A stretch of 64,000 bases of DNA from Planctomycetota bacterium (GTDB taxonomy: Bacteria; Planctomycetota; GCA-002687715; CAIWVZ01). Of this stretch, positions 30,863 through 40,965 are shown in pieces. The stretch's first letter is position 1. Every line of letters begins with the position of its first letter. Position numbers and translations under genes: made by a program. The notes beneath the pieces were generated by a model. The model did not search any database and was not told the DNA's origin. It worked only from the letters and a program-made list of their open reading frames with translations. Where the stretch lies: positions 608,001 through 672,000 of the forward strand of contig JBGANV010000001.1 of assembly GCA_044222185.1 (NCBI GenBank), given 5' to 3'.

Positions 30863-31612
30863 TCAGCGACTCTTGCGGCCGACCCGGATCGCCAGTGGCC
30901 AGACCGCGCGGAGCGACACCCCTGCGGGCCATGCGTGCTCCAGTTCGCGTCGCAGGTCGGGAAGCGGGTCCCTGCCTTCACGGAGACGGCACTCCTTCAC
31001 GGCGGACCACGTCCCGACGTAGCCCATCAGCCGGTCGACCGTGAGATCCTCCGCCATGGACCAGGACCCGAACGGGAGCGATTCGAACGGGAACGGCAGG
31101 TCGACGTATCCGCGCTCCACGTGGCGGCGTTCCGCAGGCCAGAAGGCACCGATCCGGTCGAAGTAGAACCGGTCGACGATCGGCCCGATGGGCGGCTCCA
31201 GCTCGATTCGCCCGTAGCACCAGGCGGCGACGACCCCGCCAGGCTTGAGCACGCGACGCACCTCGGCGTGAAATCGATCCAGGTCGAACCAATGGAGCGC
31301 TTGGGCGACGGTGACGAGATCCACGCACTCCTCGTCGAGTCCGGTCCCGTCCTCGGCGCAGACCCGGTATCGGATCCGGGGCTGGGGTCTGGTGCGTGCG
31401 ATCTGCTCGGCGCTCGCATCGGTGGCGAGGACCCGGGCGAAGTGCGCGGCCAGAAGCGCCGCCGCCTGGCCGTTGCCCGTTCCCGCGTCCCACGCCAGTT
31501 CCCTTGCGGGCGCCAGGGCCGCCAGCTGCTCGATGAGCGTGGGGGGATACACCGGGCGATACGCTGCGTAGGCGTCGGCGCACCCGGAGAAATGATCGGA
31601 GAACGACGACAT
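30863..31612 (-). CDS. Class I SAM-dependent methyltransferase
   Basis: FSDHFS...YAAYRP.YP, WDAGTGNGQ, VAQALHWFD, LKPGG. Confidence 0.9.
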   Translation of the reverse strand: MSSFSDHFSGCADAYAAYRPVYPPTLIEQLAALAPARELAWDAGTGNGQAAALLAAHFARVLATDASAEQIARTRPQPRIRYRVCAEDGTGLDEECVDLVTVAQALHWFDLDRFHAEVRRVLKPGGVVAAWCYGRIELEPPIGPIVDRFYFDRIGAFWPAERRHVERGYVDLPFPFESLPFGSWSMAEDLTVDRLMGYVGTWSAVKECRLREGRDPLPDLRRELEHAWPAGVSLRAVWPLAIRVGRKSR

Positions 31613-31694
31613 GGCGGGGGCGGTTTAGCGCGTGTGGCCGTCGGCGTCGACCGCGACTCGTGTGCGGGACGACTTGCGTCATTAGGATCGAGGC

Positions 31695-32642
31695 GTGGTG
31701 AAGACGGCAGGAACGTTCATCGGCGTCGACGGCGGCGGGAGCCGATCGCGTGGAGTGCTGGTCGGGCCGGATGGCCGCGGCCGGCGCGCGGACGGCGGTC
31801 CGCTCAACCCCAATCGGGCGGGTCCGGCTGGGGTGACGGCCAACCTCACGGCACTCCTGCGAGAACTGACACGGGACGAGCTGCTGCGACCGCTCCACGT
31901 CGACGGCGTCTGCCTAGGGCTCTCCGGTCGGTCGCATCCGCTCGTGCCCGAGCTGGTCCGCCGCGCGTTCGCCGACGCGGAAGTCACGTGTGACGGGCCG
32001 CGACTCCTCGTGACCGATGGCGACCTCGTGCTCGAGGCAGGGTTCGGCGCCGCGGTTCCGTCGGGCGTCGCCCTCATCGCGGGGACGGGAAGCCTGGCCC
32101 TCGCTCGGGATCGCGTTGGCCGAAGCGTGCGCGCGGGCGGCTTCGGCCCGGTCCTCGGCGACGAGGGTGGAGGCCACTGGATCGGCATCGAGGCCCTGAA
32201 GTCGGGGTTGCGATCCCTCGAGGGCGGGTCGCGGACGGCGCTCTGCGAGGCGCTCGACCAATCGATCGGCGTCGGTGGTGTGGCGACGGCTCCAGCGCGG
32301 ATGTCGGCGGGCGAAATCCGACCCTCGATGCTCGCTCCCGTCGTCTGCAGTCTCGCCGATTCGGGGGACGCCGAGGCACTGGCGATCGTTCGCCGCGCGG
32401 CGGCCGAGCTCGCGGCGCTCGTGGCACGCGCCGCACGCCTGGCCGGATTGCCGACGCCGTTCGACGTGGTCGCGACCGGGGGCGTGGTGTGCGGTTGCGG
32501 TGCGCTCCGCGCGGAACTCACCCGCGACGTCACCGCGGCGGGCGCCCTGACGCTGCGCCTCTTCGGCGACGTGACGGACGCCGCGGTGACACGCGCGCGG
32601 GCCGCGTGCGTCGCCGGAGCGCCTGTCCCCCTCGACTGGTAG
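31695..32642 (+). CDS. BadF/BadG-type ATPase, N-acetylglucosamine kinase-like
   Basis: GVDGGGS, IAGTGS, GGFGPVLGDEGGG. Confidence 0.82.
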   Translation: MVKTAGTFIGVDGGGSRSRGVLVGPDGRGRRADGGPLNPNRAGPAGVTANLTALLRELTRDELLRPLHVDGVCLGLSGRSHPLVPELVRRAFADAEVTCDGPRLLVTDGDLVLEAGFGAAVPSGVALIAGTGSLALARDRVGRSVRAGGFGPVLGDEGGGHWIGIEALKSGLRSLEGGSRTALCEALDQSIGVGGVATAPARMSAGEIRPSMLAPVVCSLADSGDAEALAIVRRAAAELAALVARAARLAGLPTPFDVVATGGVVCGCGALRAELTRDVTAAGALTLRLFGDVTDAAVTRARAACVAGAPVPLDW

Positions 32643-32671
32643 GTTCCCCCGATCGTGAAAGGAACGCACTG

Positions 32672-35020
32672 ATGGGGGTCGATGGCTTCCTGGACCTGCT
32701 CCGTTCGGACCCGGCGCTGAAGGACCAGGTGACGGCGTGGCGCGCGGTCGACGGACGAGCCGGTGTCTTCGCGTCGTTTCCGGACGGCGTCCCTGCGCGC
32801 GTGCGCGGCGTGCTCGAGTCGCGGGGCATCACGCGGCTGTACGAGCATCAGGCTCGGGCTTGCGATCACGCGTTGCGGGGCGAACACGTCCTCCTCGTCA
32901 CGCCGACGGCGTCTGGAAAGAGCCTGGGATACAACCTCCCGGTCGTGTCCGACATCGTTCGGGCACGAGAGAACGGTGAGGCTCCGCCGACCGCGCTCTA
33001 TCTCTTTCCGACGAAGGCACTGTCCCAGGATCAGGTGGCGGAGCTTCGGGCGCTCTCGGCCCAGCTGTCGGACGTCGTCGGCGCCCACACCTACGACGGC
33101 GACACGCCTCCCGACGAGCGACGCATCGCTCGCGACATGAGCGACATCCTCGTGACCAACCCCTACATGCTCCACGTGGGGATCCTGCCCAACCATGCTC
33201 GCTGGGTGCAGTTCTTCCGGCGCCTCAAGTACGTCGTCATCGATGAGCTGCACGTCTACCGGGGCGTCTTCGGATCGTCGGTCGCGAACGTCCTGCGCCG
33301 CCTGAAACGCATCGCGCGATACCACGGCGCATCGCCCACGTTCATCGCGTGCTCCGCCACCATCCGGGAACCGGCCGCCCATTTCGAACGGATGGTCGAG
33401 GAGCGCCCCGTGCTCGTCGATCGGAGCGGAGCGCCGTGTGCCGAGCGGCACCACGTTTTCTACAACCCGCCCGTCGTGAATCCGGCGCTCGGCATTCGGG
33501 CGCGAGCGGTCGACCACGTGCGGGCGTTGGGACGCCGCCTGCTCGAACTGGGCGTGCCCTCGATCATCTTCGGGCGGAGCCGCAGCGGCGTCGAAGTCAT
33601 CACCAAGTACCTGCGTGACGCGGCGGCCGAGCTGTCGATCCCGGCGAGTGCCGTCGCGAGCTACCGCGGCGGTTATCTGCCCGACCTGCGACGCGAGATC
33701 GAGCGTGGATTGCGGGCCGGGACCATTCGCATGGTCGCCGCCACGAACGCGCTCGAGCTCGGCGTCGACATCGGTTCGCTCGACGTCGTGGTGATGATGG
33801 GGTATCCGGGAACGGTGGCGTCCTACCACCAGCAGGCAGGGCGTGCCGGCCGGCGATCGGGCAGCTCCGCGGCCGTGCTCGTGGGAACCTCGCTGCCGCT
33901 CGACCAGTACGTGCTCTCGGATCCGGACATGGTGATCGGCGGACGCACGGAGGCGCCCGTGATCAATCCGGACAACCTCGTGCTCCTATCCCATCACATG
34001 AAGTGCGCGGCGTTCGAGCTGCCATTCCACGTCGGGGATTCGTTCGGTCGGGCGCCCGAGGCTCCGGGACTCCTCCAGTACCTGGCTGGCGAGGGTGGCG
34101 CGCTGATCGAGCGCGACGGGCGGTACCACTGGATGGCGGAGGCCTATCCAGCCCAGGATGTGAGCCTGGACTTCGTCGACTCCGAGTCCTTCGTCGTGCT
34201 CGATGCCGAAAGCAACCGCTCTCTCGGGCTCGTCGATCGTGCCTCCGTGTCGACGACGATCCACGTGGGCGCGATCTATCAGCACCAGGGCGAGCAGTTC
34301 CACGTCGAGACGCTCGACTGGGAGGGGAAGCGCGCCTACGCGCGGCGCGCGAACATCGACTACTACACGGACGCGGAGACCGAAACGGACATCCAGGTAC
34401 TCACGGAGGACATGCGAGAGGAGTCGGCGCTCGCCGTGGAGGGCCGCGGCGACGTGCACATCACGACCCTCGCGACCGTGTTCAAACGCATCCGGTTCTA
34501 CACGAACGAGAATCTCGAGTCGGGGAAGATCGAGCTTCCGCCGGAGGAGATGGACACGACGGCTTTCTGGATCGCGCTGTCGCCGCCGCTCGTTGCCGGC
34601 GCACGCCTGCTCGACACGACGCGCGCCGGCGCCTTGCCGGGCCTCGCGCGTCTCTTCCGCGGATTGGCGCCGCTGTTCCTGAAGTCGAGCCCCAGTGACC
34701 TGCGGGGGACGGGCGAGATCCTCAACGATCATTTCGAGCGTCCAGCGATCGTGCTCTACGACGCCGTCGCGGGCGGCATCGGTCTCGCGGAGAAGCTGCT
34801 CGAGCATCGCTGGCTTCTGTACGAAGCCGGGCTCAAGCGGCTCTCCGAATGCCCGTGCAGGCTCGGGTGTCCGGCGTGCATCGGGCTGAACCGCGGCGGG
34901 GCCGAGGCGAAAGACGCAGCGCTCGCCGTTCTCGAAATCCTGCTTGGTCGAAGAAAGGTCCCGACCCAGGTGCCGTCGACCACCGCCGCCGCCGCGATGG
35001 GAAACCATGGCCGGCGTTGA
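32672..35020 (+). CDS. DEAD/DEAH helicase with C-terminal DUF1998 (MrfA/YprA-like)
   Basis: LYEHQ, TPTASGKS, FPTKAL, DELH, SAT, LELGVDIG, QQAGRAGR, C-terminal CPC-xx-GCPAC. Confidence 0.92.
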   Translation: MGVDGFLDLLRSDPALKDQVTAWRAVDGRAGVFASFPDGVPARVRGVLESRGITRLYEHQARACDHALRGEHVLLVTPTASGKSLGYNLPVVSDIVRARENGEAPPTALYLFPTKALSQDQVAELRALSAQLSDVVGAHTYDGDTPPDERRIARDMSDILVTNPYMLHVGILPNHARWVQFFRRLKYVVIDELHVYRGVFGSSVANVLRRLKRIARYHGASPTFIACSATIREPAAHFERMVEERPVLVDRSGAPCAERHHVFYNPPVVNPALGIRARAVDHVRALGRRLLELGVPSIIFGRSRSGVEVITKYLRDAAAELSIPASAVASYRGGYLPDLRREIERGLRAGTIRMVAATNALELGVDIGSLDVVVMMGYPGTVASYHQQAGRAGRRSGSSAAVLVGTSLPLDQYVLSDPDMVIGGRTEAPVINPDNLVLLSHHMKCAAFELPFHVGDSFGRAPEAPGLLQYLAGEGGALIERDGRYHWMAEAYPAQDVSLDFVDSESFVVLDAESNRSLGLVDRASVSTTIHVGAIYQHQGEQFHVETLDWEGKRAYARRANIDYYTDAETETDIQVLTEDMREESALAVEGRGDVHITTLATVFKRIRFYTNENLESGKIELPPEEMDTTAFWIALSPPLVAGARLLDTTRAGALPGLARLFRGLAPLFLKSSPSDLRGTGEILNDHFERPAIVLYDAVAGGIGLAEKLLEHRWLLYEAGLKRLSECPCRLGCPACIGLNRGGAEAKDAALAVLEILLGRRKVPTQVPSTTAAAAMGNHGRR

Positions 35021-36164
35021 TCCCAGGTTGCTCGATCGTCTGGGCCGGTTGGGAATCAGTCGGAACCAAGCGGCGAAGCCCGCGTTTGGTGGGGCACCCC
35101 GGGCGACGACGTTCCCCGCAGGGTCCGACCCTGTCGGCGTGCCGTCGCTGGCGGGGCCGAAGCCAGCATGTGGAACGCCGGCGCCGCTCCCCGGAACGAT
35201 CGAGCGCCGGCCCGAGGGGCCTTGGCGCGTGGCCCAGGCACGGATCGAGCGGGATCACCCCCACCGTCTCGCGTGCGATCCACGCGGGGCGGCGATCCAG
35301 GAGCTCGCGGCCGCTGCGGCGGCAAGAGACCCGCGCCTCGTCGGGATCCCACTGCGGGACTGGTTGTTTCTCGACACCGAGACGACCTCCCTCAACTCGG
35401 GCGCCGGAGTCTGGGTGTTCCTGGTCGGGATGGGATGGTTCGACGGGGAGACGTTCGTCGTCCGGCAGGAGATGATGCTCGGCCCGGAGTCCGAGCGACC
35501 GTTGCTCGCGTCGGTGGGGGAGCGCGTCGATCGGGCGGGAGCCATCGTGACGTTCCACGGGAAGTCTTTCGACGTGCCGCGACTCGCCGATCGGTTTCAG
35601 CTCTCCGGGATGGCCTCGCCATTCGCTGGGAAGCCCCATTGGGACCTCATTCACGTCGTGCGGCGCATATTTCGCCGCACCTGGCCCGATTGTCGGCTGG
35701 CGACGGCGGAGGCGCGCCTCCTGGGGGTGGTGCGCGAGGACGACCTGCCGGGCGCTCTCTGCCCGGACGCGTACTTCGCCTATCTGCGGGGCCGGCCCAA
35801 TCGATTGCCGGACGTGTTCCGGCACAACCTGCTCGACGTCGTCAGCCTGGCAACTGCCGCGGAACGGCTCGCGGGGGCTTACGGCGGTGACGCTGCGGGA
35901 GTGGGGGCGCTCTGGGCCGGTATCGACTGGGCCCAGGCGGGCGAGCCTGACCGGGCCCGGGACCTGTTCTCCAGCTGCCTGGAGTTCCCCGGACTCCTCC
36001 CACCGCATCTCCTCCGGGTGGCGGCGCGGTCCTGCCGTACGACGGGCGCGGCGGAATTGGGCCTCCGGTTGCGGGCCCGTGCCAGGTCCGAGGCGTGCCG
36101 CAGCGGGGCTTCGCCGTCGGCCGGCGCGGTTGCGGCCGTGCCAGCCGCCAGGCACTCTGAATAA
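35007..36164 (+). CDS. RNase H-like DEDD exonuclease (MrfB/YprB-like)
   Basis: FLDTETT, TFHGKSFDVP, HWDL, REDDLPG, HNLLD; overlaps the helicase gene. Confidence 0.85.
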   Translation: MAGVDPRLLDRLGRLGISRNQAAKPAFGGAPRATTFPAGSDPVGVPSLAGPKPACGTPAPLPGTIERRPEGPWRVAQARIERDHPHRLACDPRGAAIQELAAAAAARDPRLVGIPLRDWLFLDTETTSLNSGAGVWVFLVGMGWFDGETFVVRQEMMLGPESERPLLASVGERVDRAGAIVTFHGKSFDVPRLADRFQLSGMASPFAGKPHWDLIHVVRRIFRRTWPDCRLATAEARLLGVVREDDLPGALCPDAYFAYLRGRPNRLPDVFRHNLLDVVSLATAAERLAGAYGGDAAGVGALWAGIDWAQAGEPDRARDLFSSCLEFPGLLPPHLLRVAARSCRTTGAAELGLRLRARARSEACRSGASPSAGAVAAVPAARHSE

Positions 36165-36365
36165 GCCTGGGGCGCGGCGCGTTCCACGTTGCGACCCGAT
36201 GCAGGTCGCGGATCCCATGGGGCACGCGGAAACCTCGGCTCGGACTTGCGTCAGGTCGCGAACTCCGCGCAATATCGGCGCCGACGGTTCGATTCAGCGG
36301 GTCCAACGGGGCTCATGCCGATATCGGAACGTGAGGGTCGGTTGACCCGACAAAGGAGATGTTGG

Positions 36366-37394
36366 ATGAAGCTGCCAAAGCTGGCTGCTCGTCAGGCACT
36401 CGTTGCCGCAGCCCTGCTCATGATGAGTTCAGGGGCGGTGGTGAGCGCCCAGACGTTGAAGGAAGGCGAGAAAGTCACGGAGGGATCCCTGCCTCCGTTC
36501 GCGTTGAACGACGATGGCCGCCGTGCGCTGACGGAATACGTCGGCAACGTCGTCCTCCTGGATTGGTGGGGGAATCATTGAGGGCCTTGCCTCGGCGGGA
36601 GCGTGCCTCACGCCATCAAGAGCGTCAATGAACACGGCAAGGACGGTCTGGTCGCGATCCTGATGGAGTCGCAGGGGTTGCCTGAAAGCGATCTCCTCGG
36701 CTTCATGATGAAGCGGTTCCCGACGAACAAGTGCATGATCACGCCCGGCAGCGGCCTGCACACCGACAAGCAGCCCGGATCGATTCCGTGGGCCGGCCTC
36801 GTCGGCGTCGACGGCACCCTCCTGCTTCAGGGAAACCCGAACGGGATGGTGAAGAAGTTCGACGACGCCATCGACGCGGAGCTGAAGAAGATCAAGACCG
36901 GTTGGGGCAAGAGCCCCGAGGTCAAGAAGGCTCGCGCGGCGATGTACGGCAAGGGCAACCTGGCCGACGCGGCACAGATCCTCGACGGCGCCGAGAAGCA
37001 GATCAAGGACGACGCGAAGGACGACTTCAACGCCGCCCGCGCCGAGCTCCAGGCCCGCTATGACATTCGAAAGAAGGGCATCAAGGCGGTGATGGAGACG
37101 GGACGGTTCCTGGAGGCGCAGAAGATGGCCCAGGACCTCGCCAAGGGCGTCAAGGGCAAGGCCGATTGGGAAACCGAGATGGCCGAAGCGCTGAAGGAGT
37201 TCGAGAAGCCCGAGGTCGACAAGGAAGTGAAGCTCGATCGCGAGCTCCAGAAGATCGTCGCGTCGATCGGCGACAAGGCTCCGACGGATGCTCACGCGTC
37301 TTCGTTCAAGGCGTTCGCGAAGAAGAACGCGGGAACGAAGGTCGGCGCGCGCGCCGAGGCCTATGCCGCTGCTGCGGTGTTCAAGCCGAAGTGA
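36366..37394 (+). CDS. Probable exported selenoprotein: TlpA/thioredoxin-fold domain with U72-x-x-C75 plus helical C-terminal domain (342 aa; in-frame TGA at 36579-36581)
   Basis: RBS AAAGGAG, signal peptide, VVLLDWWGNH-TGA-GPC in the same frame as ORF 36603-37394; cis-Pro motif GSIPWAGLVGVDG; hairpin after the TGA. Confidence 0.82.
36579..36627 (+). promoter_or_regulatory. Candidate bacterial SECIS hairpin
   Basis: Upper stem GGCG-G-GAG[CGTGC]CTC-A-CGCC (36594-36614) with 20 nt between the UGA and the loop; lower pairs CTTG/CAAG and TGA/TCA. Confidence 0.65.
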
Positions 37395-37425
37395 CGTGCC
37401 TGCGTGACCTCGAGTCACGCCCAAT

Positions 37426-37467
37426 CCGCGCCGTCCGCGTCAACCGCGTGCGGCGCGGTGTCGTTTT
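37426..37467 (+). terminator. Putative intrinsic terminator after the selenoprotein gene
   Basis: CCGCGCCG...CGGCGCGG stem followed by TGTCGTTTT; a second hairpin GCGTGAC/GTCACGC lies at 37402-37420. Confidence 0.45.
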
Positions 37468-37587
37468 CGGGCCGATCGGACACGGATCGCGCCCCTCCGG
37501 CGCCGGGATGCGTTCGCGCCGCAGACATCGCTCCGTGGGCCGAGTACGATCAGCCGCTCACCCCCCGGGAATCCTCAGAGGTCCATC

Positions 37588-38994
37588 GTGCATCCACGCG
37601 TGCAACCCATGGCGGCGGCGATCACAGTCTTGTTCGCCGTCGTCGCCATCTCGCCGGCGCAGGGCGATCTCGCAGCGCAGTACCACGACACGGCGCAGAA
37701 GATCATCACGGCGGCGTTGCTGCGGAACGACGCCATGTCGATTCTCTCGCAACTGTGCGATGGATGCGGCAACCGCCTGTCCGGGTCGGTCGGACTTCAG
37801 AAGGCGGTGACCTGGGGCGAAGGTGCCATGAAGGCGGCGGGGCTCGTGAACGTGCGCACGGAGAAGGTGATGGTTCCGCACTGGGAGCGCGGCTCCCAAA
37901 AGGTGGAACTGCTGACGCCGAGACGCACCGAGCTTCCATGCCTCGCACTTGGCGGATCCGTGGGAACGGTAGCCGGGGGCATCGAGGCTGACGTCCTCGT
38001 GGTGAAGAGCTTCGCCGAGCTCGACTCGAAGAGCCCGGAGTCGGTGAAGGGGCGCATCGTCGTCTTCAACGTTCCCTACGAGGGGTATGGGAAGACCGTC
38101 CAGTACCGCGCGACCGGCGCCTCACGCGCGGCGAAGCTCGGCGCGGTGGCCGTACTCGTGCGCTCGGCCGGGCACGGCGGGGTTCGCACGCCGCACACGG
38201 GCGCAGTCTCGTACCAGGATGGGGTACCCAAGATTCCCGCCGCCGCCCTCGCCGCTGAAGACACCGCCATGCTCGGGCGCCTCGCGCAAGGCGAGACACC
38301 CGTTCGCATCCGCATCGAACTGGGGTGTCGTCAGCTGCCTGATGCGGAATCGGCGAACGTGATCGGCGAGCTGGTCGGACGGGAGCTTCCGTCGGAGGTC
38401 GTCGTCATCGGCGGCCACCTCGACAGCTGGGACGTGGGGCAGGGCGCCCAGGACGACGGTGGAGGCTGTGCCAGCACGCTGGAGGCCGTGGCCCTGATCA
38501 AGCGGCTCGATCTGAAACCGCGGCGCACGATCCGTGTCGTATGGTTCACGAACGAGGAGAACGGCGCGCGCGGCGCAGCCGCGTACTTCGATGCCCACCG
38601 AAGCGAGATCGGGAATCATGTGGCGGCCATCGAGAGCGACGGCGGCATCGAGAAGCTGACAGGGTTCGGGATCCAATTCGGGGAACGCCGCGACGGCCAG
38701 GACGTGCCCGAGTCGCGCAAGGCCAGCCTGGAGACGTTCCGCAGCCTGGCCTCGCTGCTCGCGACCTTGAACGCCTCCGAGGTCAAGACGACGGGCGGCG
38801 GCGTGGACGTGGGGCCGTTGATGAGGACGGGCGTGCCGGGGCTCAGCCCGTCGACCACTGGCGAACGCTACTTCGAATGGCACCACACGGAGGGCGACAC
38901 CGTCGACAAGATCGACCCCTCCGTGATGGACTCGCACGTGGCTGCGCTCGCCGTGGTTGCTTTCGTCCTGGCCGACATGCCCGGCAGGCTCTGA
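37588..38994 (+). CDS. Secreted M28 peptidase with PA domain (carboxypeptidase Q-like)
   Basis: Signal peptide, [38 protein letters not shown]. Confidence 0.9.
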   Translation: MHPRVQPMAAAITVLFAVVAISPAQGDLAAQYHDTAQKIITAALLRNDAMSILSQLCDGCGNRLSGSVGLQKAVTWGEGAMKAAGLVNVRTEKVMVPHWERGSQKVELLTPRRTELPCLALGGSVGTVAGGIEADVLVVKSFAELDSKSPESVKGRIVVFNVPYEGYGKTVQYRATGASRAAKLGAVAVLVRSAGHGGVRTPHTGAVSYQDGVPKIPAAALAAEDTAMLGRLAQGETPVRIRIELGCRQLPDAESANVIGELVGRELPSEVVVIGGHLDSWDVGQGAQDDGGGCASTLEAVALIKRLDLKPRRTIRVVWFTNEENGARGAAAYFDAHRSEIGNHVAAIESDGGIEKLTGFGIQFGERRDGQDVPESRKASLETFRSLASLLATLNASEVKTTGGGVDVGPLMRTGVPGLSPSTTGERYFEWHHTEGDTVDKIDPSVMDSHVAALAVVAFVLADMPGRL

Positions 38995-39122
38995 GCGTTC
39001 CATTTTTTGCCCGTGGCGGGTTGTCGGAGCGGAGGTCCCGGACACAATACCGGCACCTCGTTGACGCCGTTGGATCCGTGCAGCCAAGCGAGGCGGCGAC
39101 TGGAAAAAGGAAAGCGAGAATC

Positions 39123-39470
39123 ATGGCCTACGTAGTCACCAGATTGTGCGTGGACTGCATCAGCACCGAGTGCGTCGACGTCTGCCCCGTCGACTGCTTC
39201 TACAAGCCGGTGACACCGAGCGCCGACATCCCGAATTCTCTCTACATCTCGCCGAACGAGTGCATCGACTGCGCCGCGTGCGAGCCGGCCTGCCCGTGGG
39301 AGGCCATCTTCCAGGAAGGTTCGGTCCCGGCCGCCGCTCAGGACGACATCGCGCTCAACAAGCGCGTGGACGACGAGCGCGACAGCTTCGAGACGGCTGA
39401 GTACGTCTCCAAGCAGAACCCCGGCCCGGACGAGGTCGCGGCGAACAAGAAGAAGTGGGGAATGGGCTGA
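39123..39470 (+). CDS. Dicluster ferredoxin (FdxA-like)
   Basis: MAYVVT, CVDC-x4[10 protein letters not shown], [12 protein letters not shown]. Confidence 0.93.
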   Translation: MAYVVTRLCVDCISTECVDVCPVDCFYKPVTPSADIPNSLYISPNECIDCAACEPACPWEAIFQEGSVPAAAQDDIALNKRVDDERDSFETAEYVSKQNPGPDEVAANKKKWGMG

Positions 39471-39494
39471 GACCGGTTCCTGTCGCCTGACGAC

Positions 39495-39535
39495 GAGCCC
39501 GGAGTGCCGCGCTGGCGGTCCCGGGCTCTTCTTCT
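39495..39535 (+). terminator. Putative intrinsic terminator
   Basis: GAGCCCGG...CCGGGCTC stem followed by TTCTTCT, just after the ferredoxin stop. Confidence 0.55.
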
Positions 39536-39668
39536 GTCCGGTGCGGTCGGGAGACGTGTGCAGGAGAGGGCTCGCCTTGCCCCTGGCAGAGGTCGGGGTG
39601 AAATCCTTAAACTCCGTCACGAAGTACGAGGCCTCGGGCGACATCGTCGCGGCCTGAGTGACTTTGCG

Positions 39669-40964
39669 ATGGATCACCGCACGACCCTGCTGTGGATGGT
39701 TCTGGCGACTGGCATCCTGCTGCGCCCGACGAACGCTCAGTTCGCGCAGACGCTGCCGGCCGGTCTCGAAGCCGTGGACGGAAACGCGTCCACGGGGTTC
39801 CCGTTCGGCACTGCGTCGACGCACATCTGGCACTGGATCTACGACGCCGCGAACTTCTCCGCGACAGGTCCCATCGTCATCACCTCGTTGGCGATCCGCC
39901 CTGATGCCGGCACGGTGACGACGTCGGCCGCATTCCAGAACGTCGAGATCCGCATGGCCTCGGCGACCGTCGATTGGGCGACCACCTTCCCAAACGCCCA
40001 GACGTTTTCCTCGAACGTCGGGCCGGACGTCACGACCGTCTTCTCCGGCGCGGTCACCATTCCGAGCGGGCTCACGGGCGGGCCCACGGCCTGGATCCCC
40101 ATACCGGTGTCGCCGTTCACGTTCGATCCGAGCGCGGGGAACGACTTCATCATCCAGGTGAGGACGCCCGGCCCGGGCAACGCATTCGCGATGACGACCG
40201 ACGGCCACAACAACGGGAACTCGACGCGCTACGGGCACACGTCGATCGCGACGTCACCAACGTCGAACTTCAGCAACCTCGCGTTCGTGCCGGTGGTCCG
40301 GATCGAGTACCACCCCGCAGTGGGGCTATTCCCCGACTTCCTGGCGACGCCGACGAGCGGCACGGCGCCGCTCTCGGTCACATTCCAGGACACGAGCTAC
40401 ACGAGTGCGTTCGGCGGTTTGCAGTCGTGGGCCTGGGACTTCGATGGGGATTCAGTCGTGGATTCCCTCGTTCAGAACCCCACGTTCACCTATCTCGTGC
40501 CCGGGACATACTCCGTCACGCTCACGGTCACTGACGCGGCAGCAAACCAATCGTCGCACACGAAACAGGCATTCGTCGCCGTCGGGCAGTACCCGTTCAC
40601 GGTGGCCACGAGCGGGGGCGGGGCGGGCGACCTCGTGGTGACCCCGGTACCGCCGGCCGGGGCTCCGACCGCGACGCTCGGGTTCACGCTCGTCAGCTTC
40701 ACGCCGCCGCCCTCGGTCGGGACCGGAGTCTTGTTCGGGATCTTGCCGGATGCCGCGACGTTCTTCGTGCTCGGCAACCTGCCGACCGTCGGGAACCCGC
40801 TCGCGTACGTCGTCGCCCCAGGGTTCTACCCGAGCGTCCCCTTCAGCGTGGGTCCCGGGGCTTTCTCGAACCTCGCCGGCACGACAGCGGACTTCGTGCA
40901 GGTGGGGCTCACGCCGGGCTTCCAACTCGTCTTCTCGACGCCCGTCCAGCGCGTGACGTTCTGA
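39669..40964 (+). CDS. Secreted PKD-domain protein
   Basis: Signal peptide (..TNA-Q), PKD motif GTAPLSVTFQDTS...WAWDFDGD...NPTFTY..PGTYSVTLTV, uncharacterised C-terminal domain. Confidence 0.82.
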   Translation: MDHRTTLLWMVLATGILLRPTNAQFAQTLPAGLEAVDGNASTGFPFGTASTHIWHWIYDAANFSATGPIVITSLAIRPDAGTVTTSAAFQNVEIRMASATVDWATTFPNAQTFSSNVGPDVTTVFSGAVTIPSGLTGGPTAWIPIPVSPFTFDPSAGNDFIIQVRTPGPGNAFAMTTDGHNNGNSTRYGHTSIATSPTSNFSNLAFVPVVRIEYHPAVGLFPDFLATPTSGTAPLSVTFQDTSYTSAFGGLQSWAWDFDGDSVVDSLVQNPTFTYLVPGTYSVTLTVTDAAANQSSHTKQAFVAVGQYPFTVATSGGGAGDLVVTPVPPAGAPTATLGFTLVSFTPPPSVGTGVLFGILPDAATFFVLGNLPTVGNPLAYVVAPGFYPSVPFSVGPGAFSNLAGTTADFVQVGLTPGFQLVFSTPVQRVTF

Positions 40965-40965
40965 A

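Noticed and set aside
36579-36581. Genome-wide UGA reassignment (Trp or Gly)
   Set aside because: Many conserved genes here end at TGA exactly at their expected C-termini (glmS, accB, rmlB)
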